A DNA stretch of 64,000 nucleotides, taken from a virus (taxonomy: Duplodnaviria; Caudoviricetes). Shown one piece after another: positions 39,225 through 49,981 of the stretch; position 1 is the first letter of the stretch; each line of letters starts with the position of its first letter. Under the pieces are notes generated by a model, which searched no databases, was not told where the DNA came from, and saw nothing but the letters and a program-made list of their open reading frames with translations. The position numbers and the translations under genes were made by a program. Location of the stretch: IMG/VR virus record IMGVR_UViG_3300043120_000090, positions 21,956 through 85,955 of that record. One strand, given 5' to 3'.

Positions 39225-42200
39225 TTAAATATTAGAAAGTCTACTTAAAGTATAACCTCTAGCTTTAGCTGCTACTTCTAAAGAATTGAATATATCTTCT
39301 GATCTATCAATTATAGATTGAGAATCCATAGCTTGTATAGTTAGACTTATAGGAGCACCACTATTACTATTAGAGTTACTATTATCTAAACCTTCAGTAT
39401 TAGTTACTTTCTTACCTTGTAAAGATGTAGCTACTACTTCAGTACCATGTTCCCCTGTTACGTACTTAACATTAGGATTCATATTACTACCACGTGCTCT
39501 AGGTACAAAATCTTGTATAGACCCAGTACCTTTATCTCCTCTAATATAAGATAGTTCTCCTGCATTAGCAGATTTTGATACATCTATACTATTTTGTCTA
39601 GAACCTAATTCTAGTTTAGTAGGATCCGAGCTATCTGCCTGAGCTATTGAACCTGAATCTAAGGCACTTAATTGAGTTATACCCATAGCTGCTACTACTG
39701 CGGCTAAAGCTAGACCAGCATAAATATTACCTGCTGTAGATATAGCTGACATAATACCTACAGCAGTATTAGCAATAATAGCTTGTCTTTGAGCTTTAAG
39801 ATTCTCTGCACGTTTCTTAGCTTCTAACTTAGCTATTTTCTTTTGAGATTCTTCTGATTTACCATCTCGTTTCTTTTCAGCTTCGATCTGACTATCAATA
39901 TCTCCCATAGCTTTTTGTGATGAATAACTCATTATACTGGCAACAGCTTGTATCCCAGAGCCTACAGTATTCCATACACTTTGACTACTTTTACCTACTT
40001 GAGTTAAAGCTGTAGCAAAATTCTGTAATTGATCAAACATAGAACCCATAGCTTCATCATTAGCAGAAAGAGCATTTCTAGCATTTTCATACATAGATGC
40101 ACCAATCTGTTGCTGATAAGCTAACTCTTGTTCTGCAGTCATAGTGGCAGTAGATTGTTGGTCTGTTCTAGCCATAAATAGGTTAGAAAGAGCCGCCTGG
40201 CTAGATATTTCTTTAGTAAGTGCATCCTGTTTAGCTTGCTCAATTTCAAGGTCTAAGTCCCTCAATTGAGTATCCTTTATTAAATTTCTCTTAACTAAGT
40301 CTTCTCTCATTGCTAATAAAGTATTAGCCTTATTTTGAGCATCAGCTATTTCACCTGCACCTCCGGGAGCTGTATTAGTAATAGATTCAAGTTGCATTTG
40401 ATACCTAGCATCTTGCTCTATTTTGTTAGCAGCCTCTTGAGCTTTTTGCTTTTCTAAATCTAGTAATTTTTGCTCTAAAGCTATTCTATCAGTAGTTCTA
40501 GCATTACCAGATACTAAATTAGCTAATAAAGCTTTAGTAGATTCAATTTGAGCGGACAATAAAGATTGTTGTGTAGTATATTCGCTAGTAGTAGTATATA
40601 CTCCATTATTAAATTGTCTTCTATTAATAATTAGTTCTGCTTCAGCAGCAGCAATATTAATTACTTCGTCTTTTTGAGTACGAAGTAAATCTACATCAGA
40701 TATACTAAGAGCTGCTAATTGCTGTCTAATAGGTATTAAAGCACTTTCATTAGCTTTAGCTTCTTTTAACATAGCTAATTGAGCTAGTAGAGATTTTCTA
40801 GTAGCTTCATTCTGTTTCAAAGTTATAGCTGAAGCAGTATCTCCGCTTATACTACCTTGTTGCATAATTTTAGCTCTAGTAGTTTCTAATTGAGCAGCTA
40901 GTTTATAACTTCTTTCTGAAGCTTTTGCTAGATTATTAATATGAGCTACTGCTTCTTCACTACTTAATCCCATAGCTTTAAATAGTTCTACTTGTTCTTG
41001 GGTAAAACTTTTCCCTCTATCTAAAATACTATTCATTTCAGTAGCATATTTACCTACTAATTCATAAGACTGTGCCGTACCTCTTATGGCAGATTCAGCA
41101 TCAGAGAAGCTTTGTGCACTATTCTTAAATGCATTAGCATCCATATAAATACCTTTTATAGCGTCAAGATTAGCTTTTTCGAATGAGGAAAGATTACTTT
41201 TAGCGTTAATAACAGCTATATTATATCTTCTAAGTAAATCGGTTATTTCTTCATATTCAGCTTTTGCATCTGCTAATAATTGCCCTGTAGCATTACCCCC
41301 AAAAGCATCATATATAGGGTCACTACTACTACGTTTACTAAGATTATCAATAGTTATCTCTAATTGTTTAGCTCTGGCATTTAATTCTGCTACTTTATTA
41401 GCTACTCCACCATCTTTAGCTAAATTATTAGCTAAACTAGCTATTAAATCACCCTTAGAATCTGTAGTTAAACTAGCTTTTAATAAATCTATATTTTCTG
41501 CCACAGTCTTAGAAGCTTTAGTAGCATTATTATCTTTGAAGATATTAGCTATTAAGTTAGCAGCCGGGTCTAAGAACTTGGAAATATATTGTTGACCTTC
41601 AGCTACTAATGCTTTTATTTCTGCAGTTAGTGCTTCCCATCCATTCGCTTGTAAATATGGGTCAACTTTAGCCTGTCTTAATTCAGACTGTTTAAGAACA
41701 GCATTTAAGTAAGCTTGTTGTTTTTGATAACTATTCAGTGCAGTTGCAGATATGTTTAGTTGTTTAGCGTACGCACTATAAGCTTCATTCAATCTTATAG
41801 TAATACCTAAATCATCTAGAATTTCTATTTCTTGTTTAGATACACCACGAGTAACACGGTTTAGAGCATCAGTCATATCTACACCTAGAGCAACGGACGC
41901 ACGACGAGCTACTTTAGTCATTTCTTCAATTTGTTTAGCTGTATAACCAAAGGTAGCAGCAGATGAGGCTTGTTTTAGAGCTTCCTGATAGGTAATAGTG
42001 TAACCAGTAGCTTCTTGCATATCTCTAGCAATTGATTGTATCGGTACACCTATACTTGTACCCATTACAGTACCAAGTTGTTCTAACCTATTTAATTGAG
42101 CACCTTCGGTTAAGCTTCTAAGAGCAGTATCTAAAACGAATACGTTAGCAGCTATTTGTGCGTATAGAACTGGAATAGGCCCAGCAACGCTAGCCATATC

Positions 42201-42731
42201 AGAGAAGAGTCTAGTGAAATTATTACCACGTCTGCTAGTATCTTTCATTCTATTATTTAGTTTCTTCTGAGAATTACTCATACTATCAGTACTTTTACTA
42301 GTTTGTTTCATAGCTCTACTAACAACTTCCATATCTACACCCATACGTTCTAGGGTAACTAATAGTTCTCTTAGACTTGCATCAGCATTGTTGGTGCTAT
42401 TTGTAAAGTTTTTGGTCATGGTTTCTTGCATTTCAACCATAGTACCGATTAAATCATTCATACCTTCATTTAGTTCCATTAAACTATTGTCTATAGAGTC
42501 TAACCCTGGTATTCTTATGTCTTTTAAACTACTTTCTAACTTTTGTGCTTCCTGTACTATTTCTCTTAAAGAACCGGGTAGTTTTTGTAGAGTTTCATTT
42601 AATAATTCTGAACCAGCAGAAGCATTTTCAAAATTATCTTGTAATTTCTGTAAGTCCTTATTAACTGTAGTAAGACCTTTTTGCTTAACATTAATAAGTA
42701 ACTCTTTAATTAGTTTATCATTAGAAGCCAT
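39225..42731 (-). CDS. Tape measure protein (pb2-like)
   Basis: 1168 aa, helical; LIKELLINVKQKG N-terminus, AQIAANVF, ALNRVTRGVSKQEIEILDDLG. Confidence 0.92.
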   Translation of the reverse strand: MASNDKLIKELLINVKQKGLTTVNKDLQKLQDNFENASAGSELLNETLQKLPGSLREIVQEAQKLESSLKDIRIPGLDSIDNSLMELNEGMNDLIGTMVEMQETMTKNFTNSTNNADASLRELLVTLERMGVDMEVVSRAMKQTSKSTDSMSNSQKKLNNRMKDTSRRGNNFTRLFSDMASVAGPIPVLYAQIAANVFVLDTALRSLTEGAQLNRLEQLGTVMGTSIGVPIQSIARDMQEATGYTITYQEALKQASSAATFGYTAKQIEEMTKVARRASVALGVDMTDALNRVTRGVSKQEIEILDDLGITIRLNEAYSAYAKQLNISATALNSYQKQQAYLNAVLKQSELRQAKVDPYLQANGWEALTAEIKALVAEGQQYISKFLDPAANLIANIFKDNNATKASKTVAENIDLLKASLTTDSKGDLIASLANNLAKDGGVANKVAELNARAKQLEITIDNLSKRSSSDPIYDAFGGNATGQLLADAKAEYEEITDLLRRYNIAVINAKSNLSSFEKANLDAIKGIYMDANAFKNSAQSFSDAESAIRGTAQSYELVGKYATEMNSILDRGKSFTQEQVELFKAMGLSSEEAVAHINNLAKASERSYKLAAQLETTRAKIMQQGSISGDTASAITLKQNEATRKSLLAQLAMLKEAKANESALIPIRQQLAALSISDVDLLRTQKDEVINIAAAEAELIINRRQFNNGVYTTTSEYTTQQSLLSAQIESTKALLANLVSGNARTTDRIALEQKLLDLEKQKAQEAANKIEQDARYQMQLESITNTAPGGAGEIADAQNKANTLLAMREDLVKRNLIKDTQLRDLDLEIEQAKQDALTKEISSQAALSNLFMARTDQQSTATMTAEQELAYQQQIGASMYENARNALSANDEAMGSMFDQLQNFATALTQVGKSSQSVWNTVGSGIQAVASIMSYSSQKAMGDIDSQIEAEKKRDGKSEESQKKIAKLEAKKRAENLKAQRQAIIANTAVGIMSAISTAGNIYAGLALAAVVAAMGITQLSALDSGSIAQADSSDPTKLELGSRQNSIDVSKSANAGELSYIRGDKGTGSIQDFVPRARGSNMNPNVKYVTGEHGTEVVATSLQGKKVTNTEGLDNSNSNSNSGAPISLTIQAMDSQSIIDRSEDIFNSLEVAAKARGYTLSRLSNI

Positions 42732-42814
42732 ATAATCCTCAATAAAAAAGCCTTAGATAGAAAACTACCTAAGGCAATGCCTCCTTAATCGCCTATGGAG
42801 GAAAATCTTCTATA

Positions 42815-43108
42815 TTACTTTTTGTTTAGAGCTTTTCTAGTTTTAACATCCAATAACCCTATTAACTCTATAATAAGTTTCTTATCTGGAATATTATCTA
42901 CGTAAAATAACTCAAAAAATGTATTTATAGTACTTAGGTCTTTACCTTTATATAGAGTTTTACCATTAGGCGCAATGATATACTCATCAGGTAATAATTC
43001 ATAGATTTCCATTGTATTATGTACTATATGTGGAAAATCTTCAATAGATCTCGGACAATCCTCTAAGCTGGGAGCGTCAGCTCCCAGTTCTAGGAGCTGT
43101 TGTCTCAT
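42815..43108 (-). CDS. Tail assembly chaperone, downstream part (probably expressed as a frameshift fusion)
   Basis: Frame is open upstream to about 43207, overlapping the 3' end of the preceding gene in the +1 frame. Confidence 0.75.
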   Translation of the reverse strand: MRQQLLELGADAPSLEDCPRSIEDFPHIVHNTMEIYELLPDEYIIAPNGKTLYKGKDLSTINTFFELFYVDNIPDKKLIIELIGLLDVKTRKALNKK

Positions 43109-43157
43109 TTCTATGAATTTCTCTTTAGTTATACCTAAACTAGAATTATCTAAGTAT

Positions 43158-43592
43158 TTACTCAGTTCCTTCTTTAGTCTTTGGTTTGAATTCTCTACGA
43201 AAGGTTTCTAAATCTTTCACCTGCTTTGTCACCCATTGTTCAAATGGTATACAGTTAGAGTATAGTTCCAGCGCATTTTCTTTAGAGTAAGGTACTAGTT
43301 CGTCTCTATCTTCTATACTTTCTTCATCAATTAACATTAAATGACTAAGTATATCAAGAGTTAATCCTTCCCACCCTAAAATAGCTACATCTAACCACTG
43401 GCTTGTGAAAGTTTTAGTGTTTAATTCTGTATAAGATATACCATTAGAATCTAATTTAGTTTCCATATTAGAATCTATTAATTTTCTAGTAAGTTCTTTA
43501 GATACGTATCCTATTTTTATCTTAAAATCTGGATATTGTGGGTAACTAACTATAGTATTTTTTGTACCTAATTTTAATTTACTAATTTGCAT
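43158..43592 (-). CDS. Tail assembly chaperone
   Basis: Position before the tape measure gene; ILGWEGLT motif. Confidence 0.82.
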   Translation of the reverse strand: MQISKLKLGTKNTIVSYPQYPDFKIKIGYVSKELTRKLIDSNMETKLDSNGISYTELNTKTFTSQWLDVAILGWEGLTLDILSHLMLIDEESIEDRDELVPYSKENALELYSNCIPFEQWVTKQVKDLETFRREFKPKTKEGTE

Positions 43593-43609
43593 ATTTATTT
43601 CCTCGGCGA

Positions 43610-44509
43610 TTATTCGTTTAATTTCACAGTAACATTACTTAAAGATTGATGTTTTATATCAAAACTTATTGTAGCTATGCTACCACTTTCTCTTCTAGTT
43701 GTTATTCTAGCTCCTGGTATAAAAATATCCAGGGAACTATTGGATATATGTACATCTTCATTATATACTTTTCTGGCTATTAAATCATATCCTGTAAAAA
43801 TATCGTTACAAGATAAAGTAGCAGATATATTATAATCATTACTAATAGGTATACTAGGATTAGTAACTAAACCTAAATTAAATAAGTTCGGTCCCTCATG
43901 TACCCATGTTATATCTCTAGTATATGTAAACCCTGCGGATTTTATAGTATCTAAAGATATATTACCAATCTTAACATCTAAATATTTAGGCAAAGTATAG
44001 ATTGGGTCTAAGCCATTCTGTAATACTACAGGTAAATCTTCGAAGCCTATCCTACTATAGTTAAATCCCATGGTTACTTTATTTAAATTAGAAATACCCA
44101 TAGCTAAATCTAATGAGTTAAATACTACATCATAGAATATAATATTTTTACCACTTTGCTCATCAGTTAGTACTAAATATGTAGTATTTAATATACTATT
44201 AAAAGTATTACTAATAGTAAAAGTATCAGCACTATAGCTAATATTCATATTACTGAACGCTAGTTTAGTGGCAATACAGTTATCATTTAAATAAAAACTT
44301 AAACTTCCAGTACCAGGATTCATTGCCCTATTTATTACTACTTTAGGTACAAGTTTAGTAAATTGATTAGATCTACTTTTAGTAGTTTCAGTAATAGTCT
44401 GTGAATAAGAATAATCAGATAGTGAGTTAAATCTATAACCTATACCATCTGAAACAATATATATTCCAGTTCTTTTCTTTAATAAGTAATTATAGTTAGG
44501 TTGAGACAT
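43610..44509 (-). CDS. Baseplate tube protein (p140-like)
   Basis: 299 aa directly after the tail tube gene; T5 synteny. Confidence 0.8.
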   Translation of the reverse strand: MSQPNYNYLLKKRTGIYIVSDGIGYRFNSLSDYSYSQTITETTKSRSNQFTKLVPKVVINRAMNPGTGSLSFYLNDNCIATKLAFSNMNISYSADTFTISNTFNSILNTTYLVLTDEQSGKNIIFYDVVFNSLDLAMGISNLNKVTMGFNYSRIGFEDLPVVLQNGLDPIYTLPKYLDVKIGNISLDTIKSAGFTYTRDITWVHEGPNLFNLGLVTNPSIPISNDYNISATLSCNDIFTGYDLIARKVYNEDVHISNSSLDIFIPGARITTRRESGSIATISFDIKHQSLSNVTVKLNE

Positions 44510-44556
44510 AAAACTATCCTTAAAATTATAAAGGGAGAATATCTCCCCTTATATTA

Positions 44557-45765
44557 TTATAACATATCTTTAGTAGCTATAAAGCGATCTACCATAGTAG
44601 CACAAGCATCATTAGTATGAGAGATATATATAGCATCTGACACACCAAAATCTGATGGGATAGCTTTAAACTCAATAGTAGTACCAAGAACATCTGCTGA
44701 TTCTATAGAAGGAGCAGATAAATGACAAGTTGGTATATAAAACACACTTATTGGATTTTTAGAAGTTAATCCAGCATTAGTGTTATTAACAGTAGCTTCA
44801 TCTTTAGAAGAAATACCACCAACACATATTGCGAATTGAAAACTATTTTTTACACTTCTATCCGCTTGCATTTTCTTAATTAGGTCTGATACATAATTTT
44901 CAGTACCAGAAGTTTTACTACGTAAGTATGCGGTTAAAGAACCTGTTACCTCAAAACTACCAGTAAATGAACCAATTGATTGGTCTAATCTAGATAATGT
45001 ATCTGGAGTTAGATAGGTTATATTATTATTAATAGTAATAGAACCACCAGTAATTGGTATTACATATTCTGTATTATCACTATTATCTTTACATTTAACT
45101 ACAGTTAGTTTATTTTTAAGATAAGTAGCTTGTAAGAATAAGGTATCACTGAATTTAAAATCAGCTGAAGATGGATCTAATGGTTGATCTATTTGTGTTA
45201 AAGTAGTACCATTACCTGACCAAGCAACTTGAGAGATACCACCAATATCAAATGATATTTCAGCTTGACCAACTTGTGCTCTATCAATCTTAAACCAAAT
45301 AGAACCTGTAAATATATACAGAACACAAGGTGTTAGTTCATGAGCCATATTTTGCTCAAAAGTAACTACCATATTCTTAGCATTAGAATAAACACCACTA
45401 GTAGGGTCTGTTAAATCAAATGGTTTGCTGGAAGCTAAGCAGTGCCATAAAATAGCATCAATAGTAACTACACCTGCATCATCAGCCGTTCCATCACCAT
45501 TTAAGTCTGCTTCTCCATAAGATCTAATATAAGTAGAAAAACTCCACTCTACTGGGTCTAGGGAATCATTAAAACGATCTGAACCTCTAGCAGGTACTGG
45601 GCCAGCTTCATCTAGATTTATATCACTTGATGATGTAGCCTGTGAATAAGAAATATCGCTTTGAACAAGTATTTCTTTTGTGTTAAATTTTGTAATTTCA
45701 GCTTCTGAACTAGCTGTACTAATCCATACTCTGGAATTACGAAGTAATTGAACTGTAGAAGTCAT
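44557..45765 (-). CDS. Major tail tube protein (pb6-like)
   Basis: QLLRNSRVWIST, SFSQ-like SYSQAT, FNDSLDPVEWSFSTYIR, SFTGSFEVTGSLTAYL. Confidence 0.92.
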   Translation of the reverse strand: MTSTVQLLRNSRVWISTASSEAEITKFNTKEILVQSDISYSQATSSSDINLDEAGPVPARGSDRFNDSLDPVEWSFSTYIRSYGEADLNGDGTADDAGVVTIDAILWHCLASSKPFDLTDPTSGVYSNAKNMVVTFEQNMAHELTPCVLYIFTGSIWFKIDRAQVGQAEISFDIGGISQVAWSGNGTTLTQIDQPLDPSSADFKFSDTLFLQATYLKNKLTVVKCKDNSDNTEYVIPITGGSITINNNITYLTPDTLSRLDQSIGSFTGSFEVTGSLTAYLRSKTSGTENYVSDLIKKMQADRSVKNSFQFAICVGGISSKDEATVNNTNAGLTSKNPISVFYIPTCHLSAPSIESADVLGTTIEFKAIPSDFGVSDAIYISHTNDACATMVDRFIATKDML

Positions 45766-46229
45766 TAAATTTCTCCTAAAATGTTATTATGTGTAACTCT
45801 AAGCTGAATTTCACCAAAACCTAACGGTTTTAATACTCCTTCATCTGTTGTTACTAATGTAATTTGGGTATCAGTTGTTAATCCCATAAATATTTTACCA
45901 GCTTTATTAGTAACATTATATTCTAACACAGGATGTTCGTCAATTAGATTTTCAATATCTCTTATGAGTAATTCCAATGCTCCTTCAGGGTCAGTTTCAT
46001 CTTTAATGTATAATCTTATATATATTACTAAGTTATTCCAAACTTGACTAGATGGTAAATATTCTCTGGAGCTAGGCCCAGGCGTTACTGTGCAAGTGGG
46101 GTATGATTTTACTTCACTAAAATTTAAATTCTTAGTGAATACTTGATTATATAAATTAGAGAACGTATCTACTCCATCTATATTTTGTTTTATTAGCTCT
46201 GCTAATGATTTACATATAGAGCTTCTCAT
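45765..46229 (-). CDS. Tail terminator (p142-like)
   Basis: Synteny; REYLPS...TDEG motif. Confidence 0.82.
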   Translation of the reverse strand: MRSSICKSLAELIKQNIDGVDTFSNLYNQVFTKNLNFSEVKSYPTCTVTPGPSSREYLPSSQVWNNLVIYIRLYIKDETDPEGALELLIRDIENLIDEHPVLEYNVTNKAGKIFMGLTTDTQITLVTTDEGVLKPLGFGEIQLRVTHNNILGEI

Positions 46230-46969
46230 GTTAAAGTTACCTCTATTTTATAACTAGGGTCTGCTAATTCTTGTATTGATTTAATTATAGCTTCACCAAT
46301 TATTCTTCTAGGATTTCTAGCTTCTGAAGCAAGACCTAGGGAATTAGGGCCATCTGGATCAAAAGTCTCATAGGGATATCTCTTATAGTCATAGAATACT
46401 TGTAGTGTCTTCTTCCCTAGTACATTCCCTACTCTTATTAAATCAATATTAGAAGTAGCAATAAATCTACCTGTTCTATTATGTAGTTGTGGTCCAGGCG
46501 ATGTCATATGAGCCATCATATTTTCTCGCATTCTCAGGGATAATAAGGCAGTGAAACCTGCTATAGATATAAATCTACCACTTACTAATCTTATAGTAGG
46601 CAAAGCTTCTATTTCTTCTTCTTTAATAGTATCCTGATTATCATAAGGGATATTAATAGAACCAGATTCTTTACTAGGATTTTTAGAACCTACACTTTGT
46701 AGTCCATACTTAAATAGAATATTATCTATAATACCTAGTTGTCTTTGATCTATATATTTATTAATTAAATTAGTAAACTCATTACCATTAATAGTAGATT
46801 CTTTTATTGGCTTTTTAAATATAAAACGCATTTCCGCTATATCAGGGTCATCCCTACTACTGGTAAATGTTATTAAATACTCTACATTATTATCTTGTTT
46901 AGATTTACCTTTAGAAGAATAATTTAATGCCTTACCTAGTACCTCTTTAGCAAAAGATGAAAAAGACAT
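46226..46969 (-). CDS. Tail completion protein (p143-like)
   Basis: LHNRTGRF, YDYKRYPYETF, RNPRRIIG. Confidence 0.82.
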   Translation of the reverse strand: MSFSSFAKEVLGKALNYSSKGKSKQDNNVEYLITFTSSRDDPDIAEMRFIFKKPIKESTINGNEFTNLINKYIDQRQLGIIDNILFKYGLQSVGSKNPSKESGSINIPYDNQDTIKEEEIEALPTIRLVSGRFISIAGFTALLSLRMRENMMAHMTSPGPQLHNRTGRFIATSNIDLIRVGNVLGKKTLQVFYDYKRYPYETFDPDGPNSLGLASEARNPRRIIGEAIIKSIQELADPSYKIEVTLT

Positions 46970-47535
46970 TATAGTTCTCTATACATATTTAATATACCCA
47001 TTATATGTTTAGGTATATTATTTATACTAGGAACAAAAGATACTGATTGGGAAGCTACACCCATACTACTCTTAAACTGTTCCTCTACGTAGTGGCGAAC
47101 TAACATATTAGCAGCTAAAGTCAAATCTGCAGGTATCAATTTAGTAACAGGTTGGTCATTTACTAAATCATAATAAGGACTATATATAACTTTCTTAGGA
47201 TTTTCTATATAAGTAGGATCAGTAATAATAGCTCTACCATTAAAGATAGATATATCTATACTAGGTATTGCTGTAATAGTATTAGTACTATCTATATAAT
47301 AAAAATTTTCTATAGAATTTACTGTTATAGAGGAGTTAAATATTTGTAATTTACCCTCATCCATAATATATACATCATCATATTCTGATTCTGGTATATT
47401 TAAAATATTTGCTATCATTTTGTTAATACCAGTTATAAATAAAGATAATTTACCATCTTCTTCTGTATTACTATCTGGTATGCCAAAATTAGCTTTATAA
47501 CTAGCTAAGGTTGTATATGAAGGTGTTGTAATCAT
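46969..47535 (-). CDS. Head completion protein (p144-like)
   Basis: IPADLTLAANMLVRHY...IPKHIMGILNMYR. Confidence 0.82.
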   Translation of the reverse strand: MITTPSYTTLASYKANFGIPDSNTEEDGKLSLFITGINKMIANILNIPESEYDDVYIMDEGKLQIFNSSITVNSIENFYYIDSTNTITAIPSIDISIFNGRAIITDPTYIENPKKVIYSPYYDLVNDQPVTKLIPADLTLAANMLVRHYVEEQFKSSMGVASQSVSFVPSINNIPKHIMGILNMYREL

Positions 47536-47598
47536 AATTAATTCCTTAAAGCAAAAAGGGCAGAGCTATCGCCCCGCCCTTTGTAGGTTATTTAAAGA

Positions 47599-49017
47599 TT
47601 AAGGTGTAGGAGTACTAGCATATAGAGCAGAAGCAACACCTTGCCCAGCAATTAGACGGTCTAAGTTAACACGTTGTGTTACATAGTAAGCATCTTTTTG
47701 GCTAGAAGCAATACGTTCTCTTTCTACTGTAACTGTACGTTGACGTGGAACTACAAAGTTATCACGATATACAACAGCTAAGAATGGTACACCATCTTGT
47801 CTGGCAGGGAAGTAACCAGATACGATTACGTTCATACCATAGATACGACCAACTTGACCACTGATTTTAACAGCTTCACTACCAACCTGGCTCATATCAG
47901 CAAATTCGTCATCTTCAATCAGATCAAAGTATGCATCCATTGATACAATAACTGTTAACATAGAAGGGTCAAGACCACGTTGTCCTAATTTACGACGTGT
48001 TTGTTGGATCATTTTACCAGTCACTTTAACACTACCATCACCAGTAGCTGTAGTTACTAACTGTTTACCATCTAAATCAGCCATTGGTATAAGACCAAGA
48101 GGTTGACCAACACCATTACCTAGCATGAAAGCTTGTTCAATAGCTTTTACATGGGATTCAACTAAATGACGACGTATAATAGGTAATAGAGCTACTATAG
48201 CATCTTCAGGAGTTTCATCAGTAATATAAGCTTTACTAGCTAGTTTGAAAGTTTTGAAAGTTTTTTCAGTTAAAGCTGCAGTAATTTCATTACCAGTTGT
48301 AGCTGAGGTACCATAAGTACTAGCATCTACCCATGTAGCAACTTGAGAATCTGGTTCAATCATCATAGTCAACTGTTTAGAGACCATTGGAAGTTCTTCA
48401 AAAAGACTACCAACTACTAAAAGTTTTTGCACATCACGTAAAATACGTTGTGAGAAGATTGTTTCATAAGATTCAGAAGAAACTTGAATAGAAGAAGAAG
48501 CATTAACTGCTTTTAAATGAGTTTTACCAAAATCAGTATCAAACATTCCTTTCTGCATAATATAAGAAAGTAATACTACATTTTCTACTTCTTTTTCAAA
48601 TACTTGTTGGTCACTACCAAACATAGCAGCAGAAATAGCTTTAGAAGCAAAAGAAGTTTCATTATCACGAACTGCTAGAACTTGTTGTAGTTCGGTTTGT
48701 AGGCTTTTGATAGATTCTTGCATTGTTTCTACAGTTTCAGCAAAAACAGTAGAATTTTTATTTATAGTATCTTGCAAAGTTTTTACAGTTTCAGCTGCTT
48801 GCTGTAACTTAGTTTTTTCTTCACCAGTAGCTGAATCGATAAGAGCTTTAATTCTAGCTTCTTCATCAGCTGCTCTTTTTGCAGCTTCATCAGCTTGGGC
48901 TTTACGTTGATTTTCAGTTAAAAGCATATTAACAGCTTCTGCTACTTTGTCGATTTTAGAATCAACTGCTGCAACACCAAGCTCAGATTTTAGCTTTTCG
49001 ATATTAATATCAGGCAT
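47599..49017 (-). CDS. Major capsid protein (pb8-like, HK97 fold with delta domain)
   Basis: Coiled-coil N-terminal scaffold; SSSIQVSSESYETIFSQRI; FKLASKAYITDETPEDAI; start set at MPDINI (GAGG SD). Confidence 0.95.
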   Translation of the reverse strand: MPDINIEKLKSELGVAAVDSKIDKVAEAVNMLLTENQRKAQADEAAKRAADEEARIKALIDSATGEEKTKLQQAAETVKTLQDTINKNSTVFAETVETMQESIKSLQTELQQVLAVRDNETSFASKAISAAMFGSDQQVFEKEVENVVLLSYIMQKGMFDTDFGKTHLKAVNASSSIQVSSESYETIFSQRILRDVQKLLVVGSLFEELPMVSKQLTMMIEPDSQVATWVDASTYGTSATTGNEITAALTEKTFKTFKLASKAYITDETPEDAIVALLPIIRRHLVESHVKAIEQAFMLGNGVGQPLGLIPMADLDGKQLVTTATGDGSVKVTGKMIQQTRRKLGQRGLDPSMLTVIVSMDAYFDLIEDDEFADMSQVGSEAVKISGQVGRIYGMNVIVSGYFPARQDGVPFLAVVYRDNFVVPRQRTVTVERERIASSQKDAYYVTQRVNLDRLIAGQGVASALYASTPTP

Positions 49018-49112
49018 TATTAAGTTCCTCACTTTATAAATATTAGTTTATTTGTCATTCAATAGTGATAGTATATAAAATATATGCTATCATGTAAATA
49101 CATATTTAAAAT

Positions 49113-49697
49113 CTAAGATCGTGCAGCCATAAGTTCCAGAAGTTTTTCTACCTCTGTTTTCTCAATAGCATTTTTATTCTTAAATCTTTCTTTTAATAGA
49201 CTAAAGTCTTTAGCATTCATAGATTTTTCTAAACTAAATACTGAGTCTTGATTGCATGGCACAGATACCACTGAAATTTCTAGCAATTCGATATCGGTTA
49301 TTAAAAAACTATTACTAGCTTCATCATATTGAGCATCTAAGGCTCTGAATCCAATACTAAAAGTTTTTAATATGCCATCTTTAATTATATCAAATATTCT
49401 TCCAGCAGATTTGAATATACGAGCAACTACTTCTAAACCTTCTGTAGTAATATTTAACTCAACAACTGTACCTATAGGTAATGTATGATCATGAAAGGCT
49501 AGAACAATAGGATTTTTCATATAGTTAGTTAGAGCATTTTCACTTCTCCAAGCTTCTACTGGTATTATATCCCCTACTCTATCTCTTCTAGTAGTATTAG
49601 CTAAGCCACGTATAGTTAGAAAATCTCCACTATCATTTAATGAAACTTCCTTAATTTTAGCATATACTTCTGGATTACTATTATTATAATCAACCAT
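49113..49697 (-). CDS. Prohead protease (pb11-like)
   Basis: IRGLANT, DRVGD, FHDHTLPIG, FSIGF, EISVVSVPCNQ. Confidence 0.95.
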   Translation of the reverse strand: MVDYNNSNPEVYAKIKEVSLNDSGDFLTIRGLANTTRRDRVGDIIPVEAWRSENALTNYMKNPIVLAFHDHTLPIGTVVELNITTEGLEVVARIFKSAGRIFDIIKDGILKTFSIGFRALDAQYDEASNSFLITDIELLEISVVSVPCNQDSVFSLEKSMNAKDFSLLKERFKNKNAIEKTEVEKLLELMAARS

Positions 49698-49981
49698 TAT
49701 TTCACCTTACGCTCTACTTTACTAGAAGCTTCTTTCTTTAAGGCTTCTAAACTTTTTAGTTTTTCAGCTTCTTTTAAATCTTCTTCTTTTTTCTTTAAAA
49801 TAGAATATTTTAAATAAGCATTACTAAAATTATTCCAATTTTTAAATTGTTTATTAATTTCTAATCTAGTAGGTAGTTTTGCAGTAGCAAAAAATATATG
49901 TCTTTCAGGTAGTACACCACCCTTTAAGATATCATATACCTCACCTAATAGTACTAGAACTTCATCATTTAGTTCAATCAT
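49697..49981 (-). CDS. Hypothetical protein at the T5 pb10 (decoration) locus
   Basis: 94 aa, coupled on both sides; no Ig-like pattern seen. Confidence 0.6.
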   Translation of the reverse strand: MIELNDEVLVLLGEVYDILKGGVLPERHIFFATAKLPTRLEINKQFKNWNNFSNAYLKYSILKKKEEDLKEAEKLKSLEALKKEASSKVERKVK

